This document shows positions 1 to 13,077 of a stretch of DNA of 49,119 bases, piece by piece (position 1 is the first letter of the stretch; each line of letters opens with the position of its first letter). The translations under genes and the position numbers were made by a program. The notes beneath the pieces are model-generated. The model ran no database searches. It was not told the DNA's origin and worked only from the letters and a program-made list of their open reading frames with translations. Origin of the DNA: Halocafeteria seosinensis (taxonomy: Eukaryota); assembly GCA_001687465.1 (NCBI GenBank), contig LVLI01000240.1, positions 1 through 49,119 on the forward strand, written 5' to 3'.

Positions 1-480
1 CGTGTTGGCGTGTGAAATCGTAAGCCTTCGATATGTCCAGTTCTGTTGCAAGAAGCGGCACCTGGTTTTTCCTGGCATGTTCCTCCACCAGGTGCTTTAC
101 GATGATAGGAGTACATAACTTTTTTGAAGAAATGAATCCGTGAGCCGAAGGAAGCAGGACCTGCATATCCTGCAATTGCTTCTGCAGACGTCTTGACAAA
201 ATGATAGTAAAGGCCTTCCACATGGCTTCCAATAAGATTATCGGTCGGCATTCTTCATGTGTGGGTACTCCAGGACACTTAGGGATCGGACGGATAAGTC
301 CGATTTTCAGGCTCTCTGGTATCACTCCTTGTGTCAATATTTTGGACATGTGTCCACCACAACTTCCTTGATTTTCGGGATGGAATATAATATCATCCTA
401 TAAGTGATTTTTGAATGCCGACGCGAGAACGCAGTTCTCGAAGTACCGAACGGACTTTAACGAACGCAGTATGACAAACC
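1..480 (-). mobile_element. Non-LTR (LINE-like) retrotransposon reverse transcriptase, N-terminal part, degenerate, runs off the window start
   Basis: Manual translation of 349->1: MSKILTQGVIPESLKIGLIRPIPKCPGVPTHEECRPIILLEAMWKAFTIILSRRLQKQLQDMQVLLPSAHGFISSKKLCTPIIVKHLVEEHARKNQVPLLATELDISKAYDFTRQH. It carries the IP..K, IPK, RPI.L, K....IL..RL, HGF and LDISKAYD motifs of LINE RT domains 0-3. The upstream SKITYRM motif (~394-414) is in a different frame, implying a frameshift. Not in the ORF track. Confidence 0.9.
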
Positions 481-524
481 CACCCACCCACCGGGAGTCT
501 CGTTCGATTTCCGCAAGTCAATTG

Positions 525-888
525 AGCTGTAACGAAGATTGGATGATGGAGCGAAATGGTAATATTAGCTGCATCAGCATCCAGGCAACTGTTTGAAAGC
601 GTAAGCATCCGGGCTCCAAGCCCGGAGATCTTTGCGCCCGGATGGGAGTGGGCGGTGGGACAGTGCCCCCAGTGTATTTTTGACAAGACCGTCTTAAAGC
701 TATAACGAAGATCGGATGATAGAGAGAAATGTTATCGTCTGGATCAGCGTCTAGGCGATTGTTTGTTGACCGGGCTCCAAGCCCGGAGATCCGGGCGCTG
801 AGCCCGTGGGATGGGAGTGGGAGTGGGAGTGGGAGTGGGAGTGGGAGGTGGGACAGTGCCCCCCAGTGTGTTTCTGACAGGACCGTCT
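525..888. repeat. Diverged tandem dimer (525-694 and 698-888) with a conserved hairpin and a (GGGAGT)n expansion
   Basis: Shared blocks AGCTRTAACGAAGAT, CCGGGCTCCAAGCCCGGAGATC, GTGGGACAGTGCCCCC and TGACARGACCGTCT. Copy 2 has (GGGAGT)x5 at 813-842. Confidence 0.9.
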
Positions 889-891
889 GGA

Positions 892-1536
892 CTAAAGTCC
901 ATCCGGAATTGGACAAAGCTTCGGTAGTTGGATAAGACAATGGGGGCTTGCTCGTACAGTAATCATGTTCACAGACGGTGCACGGAAAAGATCGCTATAC
1001 GCTTGATTCTCTCTTATCAATCGATTTCTCTCTTGGACAATAAGCTGCTCCGTGAGAGATTCGTCAAGAATCTGACCAAAATCTCGCTCGCCAATATCTA
1101 CGGAAACGGGAATTACACTGGTTCTTCCGAGACTTTGAGTGACGTCGAATGTTATAGTTATATGAGGCGCACCCAAGCAAATCAGTAAATATAGGACTGA
1201 AACCCCTGCTGCCTCCGTCATGCCATCGTCGGCAATCATTTTTTCCGATTTGATGGCCTTCTCTACCCAGCCTTCTAGAAAAGATCTTGGGTATTTGCGC
1301 ACATGTTCTGCACATCTACGTAAATCGTTTCTGAGAAACAGTGTCTCCGTTGACGGTGTTGATTCAATCTGTCTCGGAATACAGTGAAGGTAACATACCG
1401 CCACGGTTGGTTTGATCAATCGTATAGGGAGGTAATGGTCCCTGATACGTAGAATGGCGAATGGTACAAGAACATTGCACGGAAATTTTGCATTAGCTAA
1501 AAGTACGAGTAAATTTACAACTGATGCCCATGACAA
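892..1536 (-). pseudogene. Uncharacterised 214-codon ORF, possibly an upstream remnant of the LINE ORF2
   Basis: Same strand as the RT and upstream of it, intronless, with a YSDLF stretch resembling the LINE pre-RT linker. No domain recognised. Confidence 0.3.
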
Positions 1537-2448
1537 GGAAATCCCGAATTACGAATATCGATATACGAATCGGGAGCAAAGTAGATGCAGTAACGGATGC
1601 AGGTTCTTTAGCTGGCGTTTCTAGCGCACAGGCACACTCTAGCTTATGGGCAACTTGTCCAAGTTTATGAACAGTATTTCGGGTCGATCAGTATTCTTTC
1701 CTTGATTGATGTTTCGCCGAGGGAATCTGTTTCTGCAACGCCAGTTTAAACGCTCCAAAAAATTCATGACAAGTATCCGTCAGAATTGCAGCATTGTAAT
1801 ATGTCAACAGTGGTATTTTTCAGACGTTTGGCTGTCTATTAGCAGCAGGTGTTATATTTTCGGTACGTGGCGAGGTCTGAACTGGGAGTGGTCGGCTTGC
1901 AACTTGGCATCCTGCTGGAATCACAGTGCGAGGATCAATTTGTTATATTGAGTCCTGTGAGCGCAGAGTATCTTGGTTGTCAAAGCTGGAGCTACCATAT
2001 TGTATCAGTTCTGACTCTTTCACATTCATGCGAATATGTGTGGTCGTGCTACGGAGAGCCTCGGCCTTGTAGACTGTGTAGAGGCGTTGTACTACCGTAT
2101 GCACTTGCCACGTCAGTCGCAACATGCGACTGTCGTCCGTCCGGGTGGGTGCGGTAGGCTTTAGACAAGTTGTATTGAATGAGTTTGAGTATGACGAAGT
2201 ACAAGCGAGTGAAGCAAACTGTGAAGGACCAAGCTGTGGAAACTCTTTTTCGAAAGAGACAACTAGCTCACTTGTCCGGCAACATCGAACGTTCTACGCC
2301 GTCTGGGAGCTGCGCTTTTCGCCTAGCCTTGCTGGTGTAGATGAGCTTTGTTCAAGTATAGTACTGTCTACCTGAAACTTTGTCGATCCAATAGGATAGC
2401 TACTATTAACGCTTGATACGCTCCGTGGTTGTGGCCGAAAGGGGGAAA

Positions 2449-5400
2449 ATGAGCGAGGCTACCGAAGCGCCGCAATTTGGTGACGAGCCAACGGGGGATA
2501 GAATCTTCGCAACAAAGTCCGTTAAAGTGAGTGCCCCATTTCTCGTCGTTTCTCGGTCCTCATACTGCTTTGCACCCTTCGAACACGTTTGCAGGAGAGT
2601 GAAGTCAAAGTTGACGCACCAGTGGCGGATCACGAGAAAGATGAGCAGCAGCCTGAGAGTCAGAGGAAGCGAACCAAGAAGGGCAGAGGAAGGAAGATGC
2701 GCTCTTCGATGATCGCCCTAGCTCACGGATACGAAGCCTACTTAATTGAGGAGCAATATCGAATTCCAAAACTTCCCGAAATCTCGGTAGGTGCAGCGTG
2801 ACACAAACCCTCTGTCGTCGAATTGTTGTGAGGTGCACTGGGTTCTGCAGGTGAAATTCCGAGCGCTTTCGCATCATATTAATATGTCAACTAAAGCGCA
2901 AAGGATCCCGGATATATTATCTGCCGCATATGCAACGCTTAAGTGGATGGTGCCCTTCACATGGATGTACGCACTGAGGAGAACAAGCGGCCAGAGGGGA
3001 CAACCATTTCACACCTTGTATAACTGCAGTGGAGACCTCGAACCAGGGACAACGACTCTTGTTATGGCCCCTCCTGGTATGTGAGATGTGTTGCTTTACT
3101 TCATTTACCATCAAATGGAGCCGTACTTTTCAAGTGCAGGGCATGGCAAGTCGACTTTGATGAAGGCGCTAAGTGGGAGGTTACAGTCTTCCAACACCGA
3201 CGGGGAAGTACGTAGATATGACTGGGGTGATGCAAACTTAAAGGCCCTGCACAACTATCAAAGATACTTTCCAGGTACTCTATTCGGGAACGCGTCGAGA
3301 AGACATGAGCTGCACATTGGAGAAACTCGTGGCTTACGTGGATCAAAACGACATCCATCTGCCGTTTCTAACAGTCCGTGAAACTCTGCAATTCGCAGTG
3401 GATACACTCCTTGTCGTACGTAATTTGTTGGTCAACGGAACCACCGTTGTTAATAGTTAGTCTTGAAAGTTATTCCAACAGAGCGACAAAGAAATGGAGT
3501 CACTTGGTCTGTCTGAAGCCAAGAAACGCCGCGTCGACACTTTCTTGAAAGTATTGGGTCTCGAGGAATGCGCGGATGCGTTTATCGGCGACGACAATGT
3601 GAAAGGGATTTCAGGAGGACAAAAAAAGCGCGTTACAATCGGAGAAATGCTTGTATCCAATGCAAGGGTGCTCCTTTTGGACGAGGTACGTTCGTATTAC
3701 AGCTCACCGTCTTGAATTCATTGTGCTGAGTATTTGGGGTGTCATGTTGTCAGATTACTACGGGCCTGGATTCAGCCGTTGCTTTCGAGGTAAGATGACT
3801 CGAGAGTGAGAGGCGAACGTTAACAGGGCGCTTGTTTTGAATATTCACTCACTCAGATCATCAGCTCCATAAGGACGTGGTGTAAGACTACTAAAGGAAC
3901 GGCGTTAGCGGCGCTGTTGCAGCCCCCACCAGAGGTTAGTACGCCTGGGATAAATACTGACCGAGAGGTCAACTACTTTACAGCATTTGTTCTCTACAGG
4001 TTTTCGCACTATTTGATCAGTTAATTTTGATGCGGGAAGGGAGAATTGTGTACAATGGAAAACGGGAAAAAGTATTCGACTATCTCAGTGAATTTGGTGT
4101 GCACATTGGAGACGATGATGGTAAGTGGCCCAAGTACGATGCATGGGTCAGTATCATCCCGGTTCATTATTCTTTCCCTTCAGATGAAGCGTATTTTCTC
4201 TCCCGCTTTTTGATGGATCCCGATACTGTTCGGCGGACGAAGGGGATCAAGAGCGATGCTCCATGGGATACGGTGTTTCTCATTGATAGGTGGAACGAAA
4301 AATACACCTCCTATTTGCATTCGTACGAGCCGACGCAACCTGAGGATGTTAAGAGAGAGACCAGCAATGAAGGAGAGCAATGGGTTCCTCGAGCAACAGT
4401 ACGAGCACGAGTACCCACATAGCTGGTTTCATCTTGTGAGTTCTTGTATTCAAAGACAAGTAAAGCTAACAGTTCGTAACATCCAAGTGAGTAGTTTGTC
4501 GCCTATGTTAGCCGCACATATTCTCAAATTCTGTTCCTGTACAGCTTTATGGATTTCGGCTGGTGAGAGCCGCTATAGTTGGGTTGATCCTGGGTTCTCT
4601 ATTTTGGAACCTGGGGATTGAGGAATTTGGTTTAAAACTAGGGGTTCTAACTTTTAGCATAATTTTTCTTGGTTTTGGTAACATTGTAAGTCCTTCACTA
4701 CTTCTGGGTGCATAGTTCCACTTTACACCTTGTCCGTCTGGATTGGTATGTCCGTTGCAGGCGGAAATTCCAGAATCTATCAAGCAGCGTCAGATTGTCC
4801 AAAAACAAGTAGCAGCAAAATTGTACCCCACTTCGGCGTACACTGTTGCTGCAGGGATTATGCATGTCCCAGTTGCTGCGCTGGAGACCCTCATCATGGG
4901 AACAATAGTTTATTGGATGGTGGATTTTGCAGAGGCCGGAGGGCGTTTCTTGTTCTTCCTTCTTATTTCATTCCTAGCAAATATGGTGATAAACGTCATG
5001 TTTCGTATCATATCGTATCCATCGCAGAGCATGGAGGCTGCGGAGACACAAGGTACGAATCGCCTCTACCGTTTGAGTTCATCTTTCACAGTGGGAGAAC
5101 TAATACTTCTCGCAGGTGGTCCCATCATTGGTGTCATGATGGTGTTCGGCGGGTACCTTATTGCTGAGTTACGGGATATCGGCTACAGAGCTAACTCTCA
5201 AGTTCTGTGTCGTGTTCAGATTTTTGGTTCCCAGAAAAAGTATCCCTGGTGGACTAGGGTGGCTATATTGGATCTCCACGTTCAGGTGAGTTATGCATTG
5301 AGCATTTGAAGGGTAAAGTGCATAGCACTAGCTATGTCGTATGTCGAATAACTATTTCCTATGCTCTCAGTTGGACTACCACAAGTCTAATGCAAAATGA

Positions 5401-7738
5401 ATTGGGGGACGAAGAATTTGCCAAAAGGGTGCCAGGGGCAGGCATGACTCTCGAAGAACTCGGATTAGAGACTTACGGAATACCAACGGATGGCAGGTAC
5501 GTTTCCGAAAGGTACTGAATTGCAACATTTTTGTCCGTTTATTTTGCTATATTGGTGCAGTTTGAAATGGGGTGCGGTAGGAGTTCTACTACTGCAATTC
5601 TTGGTATTTTTCATCCTTATGACTCTTGTACTCAAATACTATGTTTATGACACAAACATCGGTTCCTCTCGAATGTCAGGAAGTGAGAAACCTACCGCAA
5701 TTTCTTCTGAAGACTGGCAAAGTGTTTCGCATAGTATGCACTTTGTTCCGCAAACTGTTAGCTTTCGCAATATATCCTATTCCGTCCGACTTTCATCAAA
5801 AGAGTGGAGAGCGCTGGTTCAAAACGTTAGTGGCGTGGCGTATCCGGGAAAACTTACTGGTCTAATGGGGGTTTCAGGAAGTGGGAAGACCACCCTCATG
5901 GACATGCTTGTTGGGCGCAAGTCTCATGGAAACGCCACAGGCGAAGTTTTCGTAAACGGCCATGCAAAAGATGATGATTACTTTCGAAGACTTGTAGGCT
6001 ATGTTGAACAGTTTGATCACCATATTGCGTTCTGTACGGTATTAGAGAGCCTCCAGTATGCAGCAGAGCTTCGTCTACCGAGTGGTCTGACATCTGCTGA
6101 TAGAAGGAAATTTGTCGATGAGGTTCTACAGCTCATGGAACTTAATGCACTTCAGAACAATCTTGTTGGGACCCCAGGACATGACGATGGAGGGCTATCT
6201 CCTGGGGAACGAAAACGATTGACGATTGGTGTGGAGTTGATTGCAAATCCCTCAATTATTTTCCTTGATGAGCCAACTACCGGACTTGATTCCCGCGCAG
6301 CTTTGTCCGTGATGCGAGTTATTCGCAAGATCGTGGATACGGGCCGCACAGTTGTATGTACAATCCATCAACCGTCTATCGAATTGTTTGAACTGTTTGA
6401 CGACCTTATACTGCTTCAACGGGGAGGATATCAAGTATACTCTGGTGGAATTGGTAAGAACGGTCGAGAGTTGAAGGAGTACTTCACTGCATGCGGAGCT
6501 CCTCGTCCACATAAAGGTGAAAACATAGCGGACTGGGTCTTAGAGGTCTTGCTTGCAAACGCCACGTCAGATGAAACGGGAACTCAGGACGAGAAGAAGA
6601 GCAATGGTGCAGCGACTGTAAACTACGGAAGGTTGTATACAGAATCGGATAGGAAACGGTCTATGGATCATGCAGTCCAGCTGACTCTAGAGAACAAAGG
6701 AAGCAATCCCTTCAATGCAATTGACAGGAAGTACGCTCGAGGGTATTTGACACAGTTGGGGGTGATTCTCAAGCGCTCATTTAGGTGTTATTGGCGAAAT
6801 ATTGCTTACAACTGGATTCGCATATTTGTGCTAGCATTAGTAGGCTTACTATTTGGAGGGACCTTTTACGACATTGAGCGGGATGCTGATGATGCATCCG
6901 GAGTACTAAGCATAGCAAGTCTTATCTTTACAAGCATTGCTTTTGGAAGTGCTACTAATTTCTTAAACGTGCTGCCGCTTATGTCACGTGAACGAGCAAC
7001 GTACTATCGTGAAGTGTCGAGTAACACGTATTACTCATCCGTGTACTCGCTGGCATTGACTATTGTGGAACTACCGTATAATGCCGTAATCACGTTGATT
7101 TTCGGAACAATTTACTATTTTATGGTACGTAGATTTGCTCTCCGGCTTTGACTCCGAAAATGAACCTACTCGGCCGCGCTGCAATTTGCAGGCCGGCTTT
7201 TCGAGTAACGTTGGGAGGTACTGGCATTCCATGTTCAGCCAGTTCCTCGCTATATTGGCGATGAACTATTCAGGTATGCTCTTTGCGTCTGCATTTCCAG
7301 ATGTCGAAAGCGCGAATGCTGTAGGATTCTTCTTGTACGTGGCTGTCGTTTCCTTAGTCGTGACTTATCCAACAGATACCAAGAACCCTTTGTTGATGCA
7401 GCGTTACCTTGTGCTTCTTATTCGGAGGCGTCTTCATCGACCTACCATCTATTCCAAATGGATGGAGTTGGTTCTACTATATCAACCCGATTGCATACGG
7501 GACAAATGTCTTTGCTTCAATACAGTTCTTTTGCGAAGGAGGTGACTGTCCCAGGGTGACTATTGTAGATCCAGAACAAGGCCCTATAGACGTAGATCGA
7601 TACGATTACGCCCTAGAGCAGTACGACTTTAATTACGGCAAGCGCTGGGAGTTCACGGGATACCTACTAGTTCTCGTCTTCGTTCTTCGGCTTCTAGGCA
7701 TCCTTAGCTTGAAGTATATGAATCATATGAAACGATAA
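2449..7738 (+). CDS. Full-size ABCG (PDR-type) transporter, NBD-TMD-NBD-TMD, multi-exon
   Basis: NBD1: APPG|HGKST, ISGGQKKRVT, LLLDE. NBD2: GVSGSGKTT, LSPGERKRLT, IFLDEPTTGLDS, CTIHQPS. Two hydrophobic domains with ERATYYRE and IPNGWSWFYYINP. Ends KYMNHMKR*. Many short GT-AG introns. Confidence 0.95.
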
Positions 7739-7856
7739 CCAAACAAATCAGTGGGTCCCATCGGTCCCAGTAGTCACTTGGCAACAACCATCATCAGTTG
7801 ATTGAAGTGTCAATACTGTAGAGAATGACAACGTAGGTACCAGGAATGCTGGTTGA

Positions 7857-9160
7857 TCACAACTGTACTTCCGTCCCTCTCGATATTTTCATGCGTGCAT
7901 CCATTCCGAAAGAAGCTAGGCATTGAAATTCCTTTCGGTCGTCTTCGACTTTAAATTCTCGAAAGCCTGTATTCTATGTGGCGCTCTAACATCGAAAGCT
8001 AGAGTACAACCATTTTCCTTAAACGCCGAGATCGTCTGCACATACTCGTTTGTACTTTGAGAAACACTCAATTCGTGGTTACAATTTTGTTCGCTTGTCG
8101 TACCTGAGGCGGCAAAGAACTATTGCCAATTATTTTCAAGGTAGTAAGTTTAGCTGACATTCGCTCGAGCTGCTCTGAGGCAGATTGCTGGACAGTTGAG
8201 CAAGAGGTAATGTTGGAGTGTGTTGCGAAACCTGAACTTCGCAAAACACTTACGATATGACGGAAATGAGCCAGCTCTAGTTTATGAAGTGATGGACATA
8301 TCTCGGTTAACCGGGTGACATCACTCATGAGAAAGGTATTGCGCGATCCATCCAAGCTCGCAATTCTGAGTAAAGCAAGGCAACGAATTTCACGCTACCA
8401 GCATAGATGCTTACCCCACCATGGTATCCCGCTTACCTAAGTGCTTCGGGGCGTAGTGCTTCGAATGGTTGAAAAGTTATGCTTTCGCATCCTTTGAGCA
8501 ATATGACTTGAATATGCGGGGACATACTGAAGAGTTGCCTGAGTCCATGATCCGTTAAACTATAGCAACCACTTAAATCCACTCGTTTCAAGCTAGGGGC
8601 CACTAGATCTTTAATTGTCTGTGAAAATGCAGGAAGTCAACAATATAACGACAAACAACCAGCATAATAACTCCCATATGATAGCGTACTTGATCGTTCA
8701 CGGTAGGTATCAATCGGGCATTCAAAGTCTCAAGAGCTTGCAAGTTTCTGAACATAGTCCGCAGCATCGTCTTGGGTACAATCGGTGATAACCAAATCGC
8801 TTTCAGTTGACGGCACATTCTAACGACACTTTCCGGATCCTGAATATTCTGAAAAAGTTGGAAGGAGGCCGACGCGAGGTTCAAAGTCTCGATAGCGGGG
8901 AAGGTATGGAGCACTTGGTCCAGTCGGAGACCCAACAGTTCCAAGTCTTGTGAAGTTATTTTGGTTCGCTGCCGCAAATTAGCCCCACAAGTCGTCTTCC
9001 ACTGATGACAGACAGCAGCAGCCGTCCCCAGCTCATGTACACTTAGGAAATCGAAGATCCGACTTCGGGTATCAGAGACCGTGTGTAGAGGATGCGACGA
9101 AGAGCAAGGACTCCCCAACTTCAACGTGGGATCTTCCGATCCCATTTCCAGTCCCATCAT
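7857..9160 (-). CDS. F-box/leucine-rich-repeat protein (FBXL-like), multi-exon, ends approximate
   Basis: F-box-like RIFDFLSVHELGTAAAVCHQWK followed by LRR units (IETLNLA, LETLNAR, LKRVDLSGCYSLTDHGL, LHKLEL). Confidence 0.7.
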
Positions 9161-10377
9161 TCTGCACGATACTGCTTCTATCGCAAGGATGACCTACACC
9201 TCTGCTGGAGTGAGGAAGAACACGACATCCAGTCCGGAAAACCAACACTGAGTGAATCATTGCTTGTGGAACAAGTTGTGATCGGCCCAATGTGGAACAC
9301 TGTACGAATCGACGCGCCAAAATTTGTTCGTTAAGCCACTCCTGTGAAGTTTCCATTATCTTCTGTACGGACTGCTATTCAACACCAGTGCATGTATGAC
9401 GTCGGTTGTGGTTTCGTTGGCAGCTTGAGTGGAAACTCCCGATGTGGCATATTGGGTGTGGCTGTCCATTGCGTAGAAGGCGACTGGTTTTGGCGAGCGG
9501 TGGGTCGCTCGTTGTAGTTCGGACGACTATATAGTTTCGTAGCCGCATTTCTTGTGTATAATTCCATATTTACGTATTTTATTCTGCCAAATTTAACGGA
9601 TACCATTGTGGTGCAAGAAGTGTGGCTTGGTCCTCGTCGGCAACTCATTTAGTACAACACGTGAGCGGACGCGCGGGGTCGATGGATGAGCGACGCGAAG
9701 TAACCCCTGAAGGCCAGAAAATACCGGAGGCGAAAGACCCACCACCTCCACCAAGACCGCATCGATTACGACCTCGTATGGAGTACACACGTGAGGAGGA
9801 AGGTGATCTCCACTATCCTCAACCGGTGTCGGCAAGAGTCCGTGGACGGGACTTGCTCAGTGAATTTAACCAGCGCGATCCAAACATAAAGTAGCTTTTG
9901 GTGGTATCCACTGGGCTTCATTATTGCGCATTCAATAAGTATTGACACGATATCTTACCTTCAGAAGTAGGGCATCAGCACCGAGACCACTTACGTTCAA
10001 CCGCGCGACAACGAAGTCGGACTTTGCGCACAATTGGCAATAGCAGAAAAAGAGTAAAGGGATCGGAGTGCGTTGAAGTCCGAATCAACACAACTTGCAC
10101 ATATTGATTTTTCTGCAAACACATCTTGTAAATCGTGAGGTGGCGCTGATAGCCAGGAGAATACAATGGCGCCGCTCTACTGTACGAGATTAATGAATGG
10201 ATGATGCCTACAGATATACCGAATGAAAAGAAGCGATTGACTGGAGACATCGTATTAGCTCGATAGAGCTAGGAGAAAGCGGACAGCGTTGTAGTAGCGG
10301 ATTGGAGTCCAGAAACTCATATTGTGAGAGCGATAGCTAGCACATCAACAAAGGCTAACGTACGTGATGCTATATTC

Positions 10378-10730
10378 GACCAGTGAACAGAAATTCCGTT
10401 CTGTTATACGCCGTAGAATACAACTATATAAAAACTGAAAAAGCCAGCATAGATGCAGGTCCCGACAATGGACAATGCTGCTGAGAGTTGAGGCCACTCG
10501 TTTCAAGTTGGAAGTATTGAAACTTGTTGTCATTGTTGTAGCTTCAGGAATATGGTTCAATATAAGAGGTTCCATCCAGGCGTTCTTCCCATAGTCTGAC
10601 TCCCACTTAGCACCCACACAGACATGTGGCAGATCGGATGATAACTCTGTCACGCTTGACCGCAAATTCATGAACCCAGAAGTTGAAGATCCCAAGAGGC
10701 GGGATAGAAGAGGGGTAGGAGCAGAGTTCA
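10378..10730. repeat. Diverged direct duplicate, copy A (partner at 13078-13440)
   Basis: Collinear matches at ~2.7 kb offset: TTCTGTTAT..GTAGAAT, CGTTTCAAGTTGRAAGTATTGAAA, ATTGTTGTAGCT.CAG, TCAATATA.GAGG, GGAGCAG(G)AGTTC. Confidence 0.75.
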
Positions 10731-13077
10731 TAATTATTATTGAGCTGTACAGTGTACGGTAACAGCCTAAAGCCAATCGATTTGCATGTCAAACAACTTT
10801 AACCATGTAGAAATGTGGTCGTGATTATGCCTCCAGACAGTATGTTCGCTGAAATAGCAGGATACTGATAGCTGCCCCATGCTGTATGGAGCAGTTCAAG
10901 CAGATTTTGAACGTCCAGTTTCTTGAGCAATAAAGCTGTATGCTGGTGTGGATGATTGCTTGCTGACCGGCTATCGGCGGATGGTTACGTTGTTTGAAAA
11001 GAAGATGGCCAGAAATACACGTGCTGTTCGACACAGCGAGTCGAGAGAGTACCGTTCCAAAGGCTGGTTTCATCATCAGCCACAATGGGAGGTCGGTGCC
11101 TCAAAATTTCAATAAAGTCACCTAGTTCAATCTCCTGTTGGAGTTTGTTGTATAGGCTGCTTTTTATACAGAGGATAGCTATGGCCTCATTCGTTGTGAG
11201 GCTTCCCGTCCTTTTTAAAACGATTATCCGAGATTGTGTTAAGAGCACAGCCAGAGGGATAACGTAAAAAGAAGTCTCGTGATGAACTAAAGTGTAGTAT
11301 CGGAAGACTAGGGGTGAACTTACTATCCTGTCTATAGCTTGTGCAATAAGCTATGTTGCATTTTTTTCATAATCGGTGACACACACACATTATCCCACCG
11401 GCCGGGTGTTGACCACATCCTCTTAACGAGAAGCCGTGTTCAGCATCGACGGGACCGCTGTTCCTGCAACCTTGCTGACATGCACCGTGAGGGAACACAA
11501 CACTGGGTTTGCTCGGGAGGATGGGGGCGGTTCCATGTCTGCGACAACGATGTCAGGATTACCGACAAGGCTCAGCCTGGTGAGAAGAAGGCCCGGTGCG
11601 GTGCCTGGTGAACAATTCAAATGTGAAACCACCTGTACTGCTGCTGTCAGCACTACGTTGTATTCCTATGGAGAAAAGAAAAGTAGAGGGATTGATACGG
11701 AACCAAACACCTTGGTTCTCTCTCCCTGCATTCTTTGGTGTCCGCTTTCGAAGATTGCTCCAATGCTCTAACCTCATGCTCACAAAAGTCCGAGTGTTGG
11801 TGAGCGCAGGTACCTGGGGAGATCTTCGACGGCGTGAGGATCCCCCAACTACATTTCCACTTAGCCTGTAGACCATAATTTATGGCCCATAAACAATACA
11901 TACTACTACTGTTCTGTGGTTTTGTCATGGAACACACTTCCCTGTAGTAATGGGGTATCCTCCAGAGCCCCGCCCCCAGGAGATATATTTCATTAATCCC
12001 CAACCCAACGTGAGTGTATCGCATACCATAATCACCAATATATACTCCAAAATAGGTCGTCCTGTAGGAGCCTGGTCTGGATGGAAGCAGCACAAGTATA
12101 GATCCTTGTTTCGGCAAACTTTACGTCGCTGCGTTGAGACATGAAAGACGATATGTATATATATATATACGGTATACATATATATGTAACCTATGTTCTG
12201 TTGTATGATGTGAAAATACTTCATTGCAGACAATTATATACATCATGTATATACATGGAGGGAGTACTTTTTTGGAGTACACCAGAGGTTGAGGTTGTAG
12301 GCAGACGGCGACGTTTCGGCAAAAAACTCACCCGCACCCTACGCTAAATCAAAATGTCATAGTCATCGTCACACTGCTGTCGGAAGGTACAGCCACGGTT
12401 CAAGTTACACAGTATGGACTTAGACTAGACTTCAACTTCCGGTAGGCGAAATCCTCATGCTCCCCTACGCCGTGTGAGGGCTCGAGTCTCTCCAGCATCT
12501 TCATCACCCGTACCTCTCCGCTTGTTTAGCAATAACAGCATAAAGTTTGGAGCCTCTCTCCAGCGCCGCCATCCGGTTTTGGTAACGTACCAGTGGTACG
12601 GTACCACCACTATGGCACCACTCCTTTCAGTACCAGTGGTAATAAGAAAACGATGAATACAACTATCTTGTCGCGAGAAGAATGAACAACTGTAGCATGG
12701 ACCGACAGAAGTCATGTCCGAATGTTGACCACAGTATATCCATTATTGCGGTTTGTTTTCGGCATCTGTGTTATCCTACCTGAATTCCTTTCGATTCTGC
12801 GCTTCCCCTTGACAACGGCAAATACATGTAGGTGATTTTCCCCGGAACGCAGCCAATGGGCCATGGCTTTCAAAGTCTCAACTGACGGAACCATTCGCTG
12901 TAAAGCTCAGTTGACTCATTCGCAACATGGGACGTTCAAATTTGAGGTCGAGTCACGGGTAACGGTACACGGGGTGCAGCCATTGTCTTTAGAGTATGGT
13001 AGGCAAAGCGCAAGTTCCATTGTGCCATTTTGCATGCCGCGAGTGTACGTACCATATATATATATATACCTAATTTA

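Noticed and set aside
393..940. ORFs with PLPLPL or GSGSGS repeats
   Set aside because: Translations of the (GGGAGT)n tract and the tandem dimer. The two units are out of frame with each other.
12151..12260. AT/TA-rich quasi-palindromic tract, also (AG)n near 22472
   Set aside because: Ordinary microsatellites. The self-complementarity follows from (AT)n composition.
9622..12900. Short ORFs in the gene-poor interval
   Set aside because: No recognisable domains or consistent exon chain, so none is called as a gene.
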